Shown in pieces: positions 41,083 to 53,349 of a stretch of 64,000 nt of DNA. Numbering within the stretch: position 1 is the stretch's first letter; every line of letters begins with the position of its first letter. A program made the translations under genes and the position numbers. The DNA lies in NCBI RefSeq assembly GCF_009914755.1, contig NC_060931.1; one strand, written 5' to 3'. This stretch comes from the human T2T-CHM13v2.0 reference genome, Homo sapiens. A model generated the notes under the pieces. It had not been told where the DNA came from. It was given only the letters and a program-made list of their open reading frames with translations, and made no database searches.

Positions 41083-42839
41083 CCTCCTATTGATTTCTGA
41101 AATTTAAATGGAGATCAGACTGTCTCCACGCAAGGAGGAAGTCAGACAGGGCAGAGCTTAACCAATGTCCACGGTTTGTTTTCTCACTGCAGTCTTGGAC
41201 TTACCACTCATCTCTTCATTCTCTGGCTCAAAATAGCTTCAGTCTTCCCAGAAGATTCTCATGATTTTCAGTTTGTTTCTGGTTTCTTAGTTATTTCTTG
41301 TCTCATCAGGCTCCCCTGAGGAAGGAGCCAGGAGATGCTACAAGTCTGCAATTTTAGGGGGAGTCAGATGGAGTGCACTGGTCTTTTGCACTTCTTTATA
41401 ATATTATCTAAGCCTCCTCTTCTTTGAAATATAATGGCTATTCATCATGGGATATGAGGCATCTCAGAAGCAATCTAAATATCTGTTTGTTTCTTTTTCT
41501 AGTAAAGAATTGACCAGTATTCTAGCAATTTTATTTTAGGTATTCCTTTAAAAGTAAAAAATACATAGTTTTTCTTAACGTGACTTCTATTGATAGTTTA
41601 TATTTTTATGATTTTGTGTAGTAGCTTTACCTTCCCTAGGATCAGAAACCACATCAGATAATCAGCTTCTATTATGAAAGAAGCTGATTCTTCTATTTGG
41701 AGAGTGAGGTATGCAGAAAATCCATAAAAGGTATTAAGTTATAGAACACCACCATCTGATCCACCATCTGATCTTGAGAGAATTTTAACTGGTTTATATC
41801 CATGAATACTCCCTCAGTAGGGTATTTTTGTTCTCTGGATGGCATCTTGGAAGAGGTACTGGTCATTGATCATATCTCACTGGCACATTGGCTAGTGACC
41901 GCTAATGTCACATGCAGCTGGATTGGAATCTCTTCTCATTGCTTTCTCATGGGGTCATTTGCCTTTGGACTTAAAAATCAAGAAATTTCATAATGACAAT
42001 ATCTAGATTTACTGTATATATGTAACTATTCTTAAAATTTGATAACAGATATGTCAAATGTAGATATTTAAAGAAATTTGGATTGGAAATACACTAAATC
42101 AGAAGTAGCAAGTGAAGGATAGCGGTTCTGTAATGGAATCTTTCTCAGATTCTGTTTTCCCTAGTCTCATGTTTCTTTTTTAAACCCAGTCTGGCCTCTC
42201 CTTCTTAGCTTACTAAGTATAGAACCACAAATAGAAACTTAGAAATTTAATCATTTTCTGCACATATCTTTACTCATATATGGGAAAATGGGCAAGAGGA
42301 TATTGTCAGTGAACTCAGGCAAAAAGAGGATTTCTAAAAGAGAGAGTATAGATGGGAAAGAAACAAATTCCCCAGCAGCATGGGAACAGTGGGTACTGTT
42401 TTGTTTATTTTTGGATAAGCTGATTAGTTGGCATGTAGCACAGAGTGGTCTGAAAGGTCTTCTTGGAGCAAGCTGGCTGGAGTCATCACAGAAAAAAGAA
42501 CTTTAATAATAAATCATCCACAAATCCCTGAGAGTCTGCCTGCCGCAAGGGAGACGGGATGACTTGATGTGATTCTGGCACAGTTCTTCCTGCAGCACAC
42601 CTACCTGAGCTAGGCCAGGTTTGCATCATCTCCTTCATCAGCATTTTCTCAAAGGCAACATTTCTTTTCTATCACTTTTTTCCCTTTTACAGTGCAAAAA
42701 GTGATCTTGAAGAACATAAATTTTAAAATGTGGGGGTTTCTTTTAGTTCCCCTAGAGAAACAGTATAATAGTCAAGATGGTGAAATTGTTCCTAATTTAA
42801 ATATGTCCCATGTCTCTTGCACCATGTTAGAAAGGCTGT

Positions 42840-43190
42840 ATCCATCAGCTCAGACAGCCACAGCAAATAGCACAGACTGCATGGGTTAAATACAAATCTT
42901 TTTTTTTCACAACTCCAGAGCATGAAATGGGGATGCCAGCATGTGGGGCTCTGGTGAGGGCCCTCCTCTTGGCTTGCAGAGCACCCTCTTCCAGTTGAAT
43001 CCTCACATGGTGGAGAGAGAACAAGCTAGCCATCAAGTGTCTCATCTCAGAGGGCATTAATCATACTGGATCAGGGCTCCACTTTTATAAACTCATGTAA
43101 ACATAATTTTCTCTATAAAGACCCTATTGTCAAATATTGTCTCCCTGGGGGTTGTATTTTGGAGGGACATCAATATTCAGTCCACTAACA
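42840..43190 (-). mobile_element. MLT1A/MST-like MaLR LTR
   Basis: TCTGGTGAGGGCCCTCCTCTTGGCTTGCAG...TCCTCACATGGTGGAGAGAGA...TTTTGGAGGGACATCAATATTCAGTCCACTAACA. Confidence 0.7.
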
Positions 43191-43679
43191 ATGGCAAAAT
43201 CTTGGTTACTGCACAGTGGGCCACATGGGGGTGCTGTGGAACCACTGAGCTCCAAATGTCTCTGGGGCATGCACAGAGCCAGGAGCCTGGGACAGGGAGG
43301 GTTAAGGAGCAGCCTTGCTTGATGTTTGTGCTCACTAAAAAATGTGATGACGGATACATAAAACTGCAGGTGTGCCTCTCATCAGGGAGCCATGCACTTC
43401 AGCTATGCCTGGGTTAGGAAGCCTCTGTGAGCCGAAGAGGGAGAATGAAGATGGGATGTCCCATGCTGGGATGGGACAACCTGCATGTCCAGGGCAGGGA
43501 CAGATAGAGGAACAACTGCCTGGAAGGAAAAGCAAAGGAACTGTGGGGGGGACATGCAGCCTAACCTCAGTCCAGCCCCACATGGTATGTGAGAGTATTA
43601 ACAGCACAAAGCAGAGGTCCTGGATCGGGTAAGCCAGGGGCCTAACAAGGAAGGCAGGATGCATGGGAACCCGCAGAGA

Positions 43680-43980
43680 TGACATCAGAGTAGTGATATC
43701 ACAGCCTAACATCCGATCAGAGATGCAATGCCCAAAACCCCAGCTCTCAGAGGACCAGTATCCCTCACAGGGTGACACCTGACCAGCTCTGTCCCACCTG
43801 GCCATGGGCTCCAGGTACCTCTGATGGGAAGACCTTTGTCTCTTGGGAACAAGTGAATCCTTGGCACAGGTGGGATGTCTCTGAAGCACGCCTCATCCAA
43901 GGCACCCTCAGGCTCCCTCCTGTGTTCTTGCCCTAGCCTCTGTCTCCCTCCCTCACAGGCCCAGTGGATTCTGCTGTGCA
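43680..43980 (+). pseudogene. TRBV relic: promoter, leader exon (43804-43852), intron and the first few codons of a V exon, abutting the TRBV5-1 promoter
   Basis: TGACATCA and AGTGATATCA decamers; gccATG GGC TCC AGG TAC CTC TGA...TTG GGA ACA A|gtgaat (49 nt); acceptor cctcacag|GC CCA GTG GAT TCT. Confidence 0.8.
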
Positions 43981-44030
43981 GAACAGAGAGCAGTGGACCT
44001 CAGGAGGCCTGCAAGGGGAGGACATAGGAC

Positions 44031-44040
44031 AGTGACATCA
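44031..44040 (+). promoter_or_regulatory. TRBV5-1 promoter decamer
   Basis: AGTGACATCA about 105 nt upstream of the ATG. Confidence 0.8.
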
Positions 44041-44143
44041 CAGTATGCCCCTCCCACCAGGAAAAGCAAGGCTGAGAATTTAGCTCTTTCCCAGGAGGAC
44101 CAAGCCCTGAGCACAGACACAGTGCTGCCTGCCCCTTTGTGCC

Positions 44144-44613
44144 ATGGGCTCCAGGCTGCTCTGTTGGGTGCTGCTTTGTCTCCTGGGAGCAGGTGAGTCC
44201 CTGCAGACAGGATAGCGCCCCATTCTGAGCCTGTCCTCACCCCTGTGTCTTCCACTTTACCATGGGGAGGCACCACCAGGCTGTCTCCGGTGCTCATTCT
44301 CCATCTGCTTTTCCCACAGGCCCAGTAAAGGCTGGAGTCACTCAAACTCCAAGATATCTGATCAAAACGAGAGGACAGCAAGTGACACTGAGCTGCTCCC
44401 CTATCTCTGGGCATAGGAGTGTATCCTGGTACCAACAGACCCCAGGACAGGGCCTTCAGTTCCTCTTTGAATACTTCAGTGAGACACAGAGAAACAAAGG
44501 AAACTTCCCTGGTCGATTCTCAGGGCGCCAGTTCTCTAACTCTCGCTCTGAGATGAATGTGAGCACCTTGGAGCTGGGGGACTCGGCCCTTTATCTTTGC
44601 GCCAGCAGCTTGG
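44144..44613 (+). CDS. TRBV5-1: T-cell receptor beta variable 5-1 gene segment (leader 44144-44192, V exon 44320-44613)
   Basis: MGSRLLCWVLLCLLGA|GPVKAGVTQTPRYLIKTRGQQVTLSCSPISGHRSVSWYQQ...YFSETQRNKGNF...YLCASSL. Confidence 0.97.
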
Positions 44614-44652
44614 CACAGCCCTACAAAGCCAACCACATTCTGTGCACAAACC
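44614..44652 (+). other. TRBV5-1 23-RSS
   Basis: CACAGCC - 23 nt - GCACAAACC. Confidence 0.95.
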
Positions 44653-44841
44653 TCCCTGGCCCAATGTGGAGCAACCTCAGCCCTGACATATCTGTGAGAA
44701 CCTGGGGACTGCAGGGAGAAAGAAAGGCAATTTAGAATGCTAGGATCCACAGCCTGGGGCTTTCTGCAACTCAGGGCTGGGGAAAACAAGGCCAAGAGAG
44801 CCTGCTCAGAGGATGGTGCTGCTTCCGTAGGTTGACTGCAG

Positions 44842-47800
44842 CATTACCTTCTTTGCCGACACTGTGAACTACAGGAGTAGAGGAAATGTGTGTAATTTAA
44901 CAGCTGGCGCACTCTTTCTCAGGACAAGAGATTTAATTTTGTGGTCAAGATTGTTGATAACAGTGTAGTGTAGAAGGGAGAATCACAGGGTTTGCTTTAT
45001 ACAACTTGGGGAGAAGAAATTGAGGTTTTGGGAAAGTCAAGGAGAGAGAAAACGAAAGATGATTGAAAACAGAGATAGAGCAGAAGGTGATGAAAAGTGG
45101 TGTTCTGTGCACCATGAACTCTCTTTCCCCCACCCGAAAGTTTTCAACACCTAGAAAAAAATAAGGAAAGGTCTTATAGCCACCGGAATCACCTGGTAGC
45201 CGGTCCCAGTCGGAGGCATCACCAAATTGCCGCTTGGCCATTGTGAGAGCCCTGGAGTTGCTTCTGCTGTCTTCCTTCTTCCAGCCCTGATCTTGACTCC
45301 TCAGGCCACAGTCAGGTACTTCCCAAAACACAGAGGAAGGTAAAGTCACCCTTCTTCCTAAAGGGGCAAATACTTTCCAGTTTCCCCCCAAATAAATTCT
45401 GCAACCCTGGGATTCCTTTCTGACACTCACCTCCCAAATCCAATTACCTTCTATGACCAAATGCTCTTTGAACATTTTCTAAAACTCAGCAGTCTCTACA
45501 TCCTCTGCGTTTGTCCTTACAGTTTCCATGGCCTGGGAGGACCTTTGTTCTCCTAAGACGGGGCCACATACTGATCATCTGTCAAGGACAGGCTCACACC
45601 TGCCTTCCTCTTCACTTCTTACTGTGACATTCCCTGGGACTGTACTGTATCACTCTCTTTCCTTTATTTTAAAGCCAAGCATACAATTGATACTCTTTGA
45701 TGTTTGCAAAACTAATAAGTTATTGCCCTCTCATACAGAATCCTGGAGTGTGATTAATTACTGTCTTCTCTTTACAAGGGACTCTACATGAAATATCATG
45801 GAGAATGATTATGAATAGTCTTAGTATTTCATGTAACTTCTGTAATATTCCTAGCAATTGTGTCTTCACAGTCAGGATTGATGACCAGTGCTGTCAAGTT
45901 CCCAAAGGGTATCTAATGCTGGAATTTGCAAATGTTCTTTTGGAGTGAAGAAAATTATGTTATTTAGGCTGACTGAAGAATCACTAAAGAAAGAAAATTA
46001 TGGTACAGTAATATTTATAAAGACTCATAATCCTGTAAAAAACTTCCTCACCATAACCACACTTTCCACAGCCACATTTTTAGAGATTTGGTGAGGGTGG
46101 AATATAGTCAAAGGTGCTTCTTAATCATCCTTGATGAAATCAACCAAAATCAACCTACAACATTGAAAAAAAAAACTAGCTTTGCTCAGTAATGGAATCT
46201 TATCATCCTTGACAATGAAAAGATATTATGTGTTTGTGAGTGTGAATGTGTGTGTGTGTTTTCTTGTGGATACTCACTCACATAGAAGTTTCTCCCCTGG
46301 TGGCATTTTATGAGGTGCTGGATCACTGGCAGAGCTCCTAGGCACTTCTAGGTAAGGATAGAAAATAGCAGACCTAACGGAATCTGCCTAAGTTATAGCT
46401 GATAAGATAGTTTATTTCAAGATTTTATACATTCAGAAATAAATTTGTAAAATCAAAAAATCCTTTTTATAAAATGTGCTAGCTAAAATTTGTGAATAAT
46501 TAAACTAAATGCAATGTGTGAAAAGATATGAGTCTGACTAATCAAAGGGAGCTCTGCAATGTAGTATTTTCAGCCCAGATTGGCTTGATATTGTCACACT
46601 TTCATCCTGTGGCCTGTATAATTCTGGCTCCTTTCTTCCATCTTAGGATGCTCATTGCAATAATGTAACAGCAATTTCTTGTGCAATCAAGATGTGTCCT
46701 TTTGTCTCCACTGGTCAAGGGTGAGTTTGAAGTTCCACCCTAAATCAACCCTTCCGGGAAAGCAATAGACAGGGTGTGTGAAAGAATGGGGGCTGCAGGG
46801 GTTGGAGTGGGGGCAACCGTGTTCCTGACTTGGACTATCCTGAGCTCATCAGGTCAGAAGGTGTGAATCCATGGGACTGTGGAATGTTGGCCACTTGGGG
46901 GCGCCGTGGCCCCACTATGCTGCAGGGAACCCTGGGGAGGGGTAGGAGGGTGGCCAGGAAGGGAGGGCGGAAGGGAATGCCTGGCTGCCTGCTGACATCA
47001 GGAGATTAGGTGGAAATTAGAGTAGGTCCTGGCCTGGGACTGCCCAGGGAAAGGTAGGGCCAGGGTTGGCACCAAGCAGGGAGTGTTTCTGCCTCTGCAT
47101 GGGCAGAGGAGGGTGTAGGGGCTGGGGTGGCAAGGGCTGGGAATCAGTGTCAGGACAGGGATAGGGTGGGCAGAGGAAAGTGAGGTGTGATGTGGGCATG
47201 CGGGGACTGTGACCAGCCACCTCCCCTTTAGTTGAGGGGCTGTGCGGGACAGGAAGGCTGCATGGAGCTGCTGAGCCTGAGTCTTTCAATGGGTGAACAA
47301 GGCAGGAGTGGCCTGCAGAAAGAGTACCTGGAAAAGGACTGTACCCGAAGGAATTGGGTGACACTTTCTTAGCTCCACTCAGGGAGTGACCCTGAGGAGG
47401 GTGCTGCCAGCCAGAGGGGCTCAGGTCCTGGTGAGCTGACAGGCTTTTCCTCCAGACACTTCCTGTTGTTTCTGTATGTGATCTGGTTTTATGCTCACTG
47501 AAATCATGTAAGGTAGGTATGATTTCACCTGTTTATACATCTGAAGGAAAGCAGCTGTTCCGGGTCTCATATTAAGTAATTGGCTGAGGTGTTTTCCTCC
47601 AACATCTCTGCACCAGCCCCGTCCCCCGACTCTATATCTGTCCCTTCATCTGGCTTCCCCTTTCCAGGTCCAATTAGCAGGAGCACAAGGTCATGCCTCA
47701 TATGTGACCATTGTAACCTCTTCCCTGACAAGTCCAAGGAACACGTGACTTCCAGGCCAAGCATATCCATTCACCTTTCACTGAAGCAAAACAGAAGGAT

Positions 47801-48200
47801 GAAATTATCTGCACTGTACACTTCCTGTAACTGATATAATCTACCTTGAGGAAAAGTAACAAGAAAAATTGTTATTCATTAGTTATTATTTTATTTAATA
47901 TATGTTTGGAGATCCTTTCTTTGTATAGATATTTTATGACATAAAAAGCAAAATAAAAAAGAACAAATGAAAATAAAAAAGAAAAGCTTGAAAGAATAAT
48001 AAGTGTTTCTTACTTTTTAGAGTATTAAGGTTTGCATTAATTTTTTTAACTTATTCAAAGACGTTTGCTCAGTTTCTGAATTATACAGATTTCCTTTTTT
48101 TCTTCTCTTTTTCTCTTTAGCCACCTACAGCTTTTTCTGCCAGCTTTTTTAGTTTAATAACCTAAGGCTATCTTTTAAACAGATTTTTAAATGTACAATA
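44842..48200 (+). repeat. Homology-unit copy A (3' flank of TRBV5-1), paralogous to 59578-64000
   Basis: Colinear matches, e.g. GGTCAAGATTGTTGA 44943/59682, CACATCCTCTGCG-type 45498/60242, GGAATGTTGGCCACTTGG 46881/61862, AAGTCCAAGGAACA.GTGACTTCCAGGCCAAGCATAT 47730/63059. Confidence 0.88.
46888..46906 (+). promoter_or_regulatory. Candidate CTCF-binding element
   Basis: TGGCCACTTGGGGGCGCCG vs consensus TGGCCACCAGGGGGCGCTA. Confidence 0.65.
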
Positions 48201-48530
48201 TAGTATCGTAATCTACAGACACAAGGTTGGACAGCAGATCTCTAAAGCTTCCTGATTCTTCTTTACTGAAATTTTGTAGCCACTGGTGGCAGCTGCCCAT
48301 TTCCCCCTCTTCCTAGCCCTTGGAAATCACCATTTTCATCTTCACTTACATCAGTTTGACTTTTAGGTTGCCTCATATAAGCACAATCATGTAGTATTTG
48401 TCTTTCTGTGCCTGACTTTTTCAACTCAGCATAATGTCCTCCAGGTTTAGCCACATTGTCATGTATGGCCAGAATTTCTTCTTTTTAATACTTAATGATA
48501 TTCCATTGTATGCATACACCACATTTAAGG
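48160..48530 (-). mobile_element. L1MA-type 3' fragment
   Basis: AAATGTACAATATAGTAT...CAGCAGATCTCTA...CCTCATATAAG..CAATCATGTAGTATTTGTCTTTCTGTGCCTGAC...AGCATAATGTCCTCCAGGTT. Confidence 0.75.
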
Positions 48531-48687
48531 TCTGAATATTAAATGTATAGTATCTTATTGTTTCTGCGAAACCATCTGTCACAGGAGTGGCAGGGTCATT
48601 TGCAGAACAGTAAGCACTGAGTATATGAATGCACATTCATTCGAAGTTCAATTCTGCTTCATAGAGAAGACTTCAAAAAAATAATAA

Positions 48688-49033
<346 letters not shown>

Positions 49034-49716
49034 AATACCCCAATACCATAAAATATTTAGCATATAGTAGAAATCTAGCTATTTTTATTTCCTTTGCTAG
49101 TCTCGGGCAGCCTCTTCCACTGCGCCAATGCCCAAAGGCAGTTAAAGACACATTTTGCCTGGAAATCTTAGGGTGAGGACTCAGGAAGCCACAGAAATGG
49201 AAATATATATGCGTGATGATTACTTTGAAAGTATGAACTAGAGAATGTAGCATATATCCCTCCTCAGGCATTTAAAACTCAGTATTATTGATATATAAGT
49301 TATATAAGCATTACACATTTTAAATAAACAGATCGGTTATACGTAACCAAATAATTAACAGAATGAGGAGCTCCTGAAAAGTTTTATGGTTTTAAAAGGG
49401 GTTGAAGCCAGGTGAGCTACCAGATCCACATTAGGGACAATTCTATCTGGAGATGGATATTGTGATGAAACAACCTCAGAAGGTCTTCTAACCTGGTACA
49501 GACTGATTTTACGAAGTTTATTTATTCATTTTCTTTCATTTCTTTTCTTATCTGCTCATTCACTCCAATTATTTTGTAATGATATTTTGGCGAAAATTAA
49601 TCATCTTTAAGGGAAATATTTTGAGTTTCATCAGACACACATGCAGCTGAGCTTTGTGTTCACACACTGAGTGCCCTGGGGCCAAACAAAATACGGTAAT
49701 AGTGACCTTGTTGAGA

Positions 49717-50170
49717 GATGACGTCACATTGGGAGAAAGGTTCTCTTTGTGTTGACACTAAGTGTCCAATTCATAAAACCTAAGCCTTGAGCTAGGAAAT
49801 GCCCTTTTCTGCCCTGGGAAGCAGGCTCCTACATTGTGTGTTTCTCTGTCTCCTGGTCTAGCCTGGACACAGACAGTGTACCCACTCACGAACTTGTTAT
49901 ATCCTGGCTGTGAATTTCAGCACCAGGTGGCCCTTTGCTCTGACTTCAATTTCTGTGTCCTTCTCTCCTAAACACCATGGATGCTGAGTGACTCAGACTC
50001 CAGTCATGTGCTTTTGCCAAAAGGAAACTAGCACAAGAGGAGGTGAGCAGAATATGAAACAAAACCATGTACTCAGGACCGGCAATGTGACTTACTGGCA
50101 GCTCTTTGCTCAAATATTGTAAGGAAGTTGAAGATCATGACAATGTTACAGTAACAGGGATCTCTTTAAG
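49717..50170 (+). pseudogene. Unnamed TRBV relic (CRE, leader, partial V exon)
   Basis: TGACGTCA at 49719-49726; gccCTG GGA AGC AGG CTC CTA CAT TGT GTG TTT CTC TGT CTC CTG (49814); ATG GAT GCT GAG..ACT CAG ACT CCA (49977); GAG CAG AAT ATG...ACC ATG TAC; TTG AAG ATC ATG. Confidence 0.65.
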
Positions 50171-50198
50171 TGTGGGGCTCTGTGCACTAAAATACGGG

Positions 50199-50529
50199 TT
50201 TTTTTTTTTCTTTTCTTTTTTTTTTTTTTTTTTTTTTGAGACGGAGTCTTGCTCTGTTGCCCAGGCTGGAGTGCAGTGGTGCAATCTTGGCTCACTGCAA
50301 CCTTGCCTCCTGGGTTCACGTGATTCTCCTGCCTCAGCCTCCTGAAGTAGCTGGGATTACAGGTGCGCACCACCATGACCAGCTATTTTTTTTTTTTTTT
50401 TTTGTATTTTTAGTAGAGACGGGGTTTCACCATGTTTGTCAGACTGGTCTTGAACTCCTGACCTCATGATCCGCCCACCTCAGCCTTCCAATGTGTTGGG
50501 ATTACAGGCGTGATCCACTGCGCCTGGCC
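50199..50529 (-). mobile_element. AluS element
   Basis: Full reverse Alu with long T-runs. Confidence 0.95.
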
Positions 50530-51426
50530 TTTTTTTTTTTTTTTTTTAATTGTTACTGAATTAGTGGTGAGAATCCTGACCAAGGGAATATTCCCTATGA
50601 AATATGACACTTCAAATAAAATGAGAGCGCTTTTTCTTATCCTGGAGCCTGCCTCTTCTCTCCTCTCCCCACATCCCTCACATGTCAAGACACCTTTGTG
50701 CCCACAGATCATGGGCAGCGTTGGGCTGCCACTATCATCCACACAGAGAGGGCAGTCAGCAGCGTGAGGTGGTTCTGCCTGCTGCGGTCTCACCCCAGGC
50801 ACAGAAAGCAAGAGCCCTGGGTGGAGCTGAAGGTGCTCAGCTGGGCTTGTCAGGAGTCCCATCTGTCGGTGAATTGAAAAGAAACAGAGCAAAATGACTC
50901 CTCCAATGGTGATGAGCCTGCCCCTGGGATTTGGAAACTTGGTAACAGAGAAAACCAATATAGACAAAGGATTTTAAACAGGATTATGGTCAATTAAGCA
51001 AATTAGAAAAGGATACTTGAAGGGGGATTTGGGACACAGGAGTCAAAAACACCGGGAAGACATGAGAAGTTTCCCTAAGAGTCTAAATTAGAGAAATATT
51101 TAGATAACTGACACCAGTGTATGAATGAGGAATTATATCATCACAGGGATAAGAGTTCCATTGAGTTACAAACTGCTTCCAAAAAGGTTAAGAAAAACTC
51201 GTAAGGCTGTGTCAATTCAGACAAAGGCATTCTTCCCATTCAAACGGTTCACCGGTGCATGAATCTTGAATTTGACCATCTGGGGAAGGGGCGTGGCCTC
51301 TCCTGACAGGAAGGCTCTGGGGCCCAGGCAGGGAGAATGAAGTCTCAGAATGACCCCCTTGAGAGTACTGTTCCCCTATCACCGATGCACAGACCCAGAA
51401 GACCCCTCCATCCTGTAGCACCTGCC

Positions 51427-51859
51427 ATGAGCATCGGGCTCCTGTGCTGTGTGGCCTTTTCTCTCCTGTGGGCAAGTAAGTCCTGGGCAGGGCCCCATGT
51501 GTGGATTTCAAGGCCCAGCCTGTTTCCATTGTGGCTGCAGCATCAGCTTTGTTCTTCTCTGCAGGTCCAGTGAATGCTGGTGTCACTCAGACCCCAAAAT
51601 TCCAGGTCCTGAAGACAGGACAGAGCATGACACTGCAGTGTGCCCAGGATATGAACCATAACTCCATGTACTGGTATCGACAAGACCCAGGCATGGGACT
51701 GAGGCTGATTTATTACTCAGCTTCTGAGGGTACCACTGACAAAGGAGAAGTCCCCAATGGCTACAATGTCTCCAGATTAAACAAACGGGAGTTCTCGCTC
51801 AGGCTGGAGTCGGCTGCTCCCTCCCAGACATCTGTGTACTTCTGTGCCAGCAGTGAAGC
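51427..51859 (+). CDS. TRBV6-1: T-cell receptor beta variable 6-1 gene segment (leader 51427-51475, V exon 51565-51859)
   Basis: [16 protein letters not shown]|[40 protein letters not shown]...[13 protein letters not shown]...YFCASSE. Confidence 0.97.
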
Positions 51860-51898
51860 CACAGCGCTGCATGGCCGTCTCCTCTCTGCACATAAAGG
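51860..51898 (+). other. TRBV6-1 23-RSS
   Basis: CACAGCG - 23 nt - ACATAAAGG. Confidence 0.93.
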
Positions 51899-52046
51899 CA
51901 GGGAGGCTCTGCCCTCCTCCCTCACCCCAGACTCAGTGATGCCCTGGGCAGAGTTCTCTGCACCAGGAAACTTGAAACCCCATCATCATGGGTCTGAGGC
52001 CCCCAGGATGAAACAGGATTTGTATTTCAGATCCATCTAGACTCTC

Positions 52047-52184
52047 GTCTCTCCCTGGGGACCATGTTGCTTCTTCTCTCTAGGGTTCCCCCCAGCCCCC
52101 ACCCTCATGTTGTCTCTCCCTGGGGACCATGTTGCTTCTTCTCTCTAGGGTTTCCCCCAGCCCCCACCCTCATGTTGTCTCTCC
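52047..52184. repeat. 65-bp tandem duplication (about 2.1 copies)
   Basis: GTCTCTCCCTGGGGACCATGTTGCTTCTTCTCTCTAGGGTT(C/T)CCCCCAGCCCCCACCCTCATGTT at 52047 and 52112, one mismatch. Confidence 0.92.
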
Positions 52185-53349
52185 TGTGGCCCACCTTTCC
52201 CATCTGGGCAGTCACCCTCCAAGGCCTTGCTGGGTCTCTCCTCCCCTCACTTCCCCACACCTCTCCACAGCAGCCATGAGGGGAGCCCCTCTTCTGTGCC
52301 TCCTTCCTTCCCATCACAGAGACTTCAAAGTCCATTTTCTCTGCCCTGGGCTGGAGGCTTCCTTTCTGCAGTGGCCAACTCCTACCTGTGCTTCACATCT
52401 CAGCATGATCAGCCCTCCTGTGGGAAGCATGCCCTTGCCTCCCAGCTGAGATCAATTTTTCTGTTATAAGCACTGATGGTAACATGTGCTTGTTAGTCAA
52501 CAGAGTTGAGCACAGTTGGAGTTTTCCAGTTACTTGTCTGGATATTTTTCTGCTCATGTCGATTTTAAACTCCATAAAGGGGAAGGCTGTGCTTGTTACA
52601 TTTACCAACAGCTGTTCCTGGAATGAAGGGAGACCTGTTTCACAGATAATGGATGAGTTAATGAATGACAGGCTGATTGAGTGATGAGCGGGTGGATGAA
52701 CCAATAACAGGAACACTCCAGGTCCGCTGTACCCTGGCAGAAATCTAGAGTTAACTGTGCCTGAGATGCTCTGCTATGAGCTCTTCAAAGGGCACTCGCT
52801 TGTTGAACAAGCGTTGGACCATTCATTGTGCAAGCCAGTTTGTCAGTTCATCTAGGAGTTTCCAATTTTAAATATCATATGTTCTTCAAACTCAATGAGG
52901 GTAAAGTCTACATTATACAATTCTAAGTTATTTTTTAAAGTTTTGGGTTAGGAACCAAAAAGGAAAGAAGAGGGAATATCTTTAGACTTTGGAGTTTTTT
53001 TATTGAAAATGTATTTATATAAATTTTTCTTGGAAGAACAGGTAGGGAAAGTCATGACTACACAGCCTTATAGGTGCTAATTTCTGGAGAAGGTGTCATG
53101 AAAAATAACAAAAATGAGAACTGTGTTCTGGAGGGAACATTGTGACTGTCCTGAGAGCGTGTTCTGATCCCAGGAACCAAACCCAGGAGTGTGTTTGGCA
53201 ACTCAGAGTGCAGCAGACAATTCTTTGCCCCGTGCATTTGGGATAAGACTGGAGACAGCTGGAAAAGCTATGGACTGGACGTTCTGCACTCTCAATGCAG
53301 GACTCTCTGAAATCCCACAGATTAATGTCAGGTAAATATATTCCCACTA

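Noticed and set aside
44118-44124. Perfect heptamer CACAGTG in the TRBV5-1 5'UTR
   Set aside because: No nonamer-like sequence at 12 or 23 nt spacing
43335-45475. Antisense ORFs of 160-184 aa around TRBV5-1
   Set aside because: No recognisable homology; plausible by chance in GC-richer sequence
50742-50755. CACAGAGAGGGCAG as a CTCF motif upstream of TRBV6-1
   Set aside because: Only the 3' half matches; too weak without a PWM scan
52047-52184. Direct repeats as a possible CRISPR-like array
   Set aside because: Only two adjacent copies with no spacers, in human DNA
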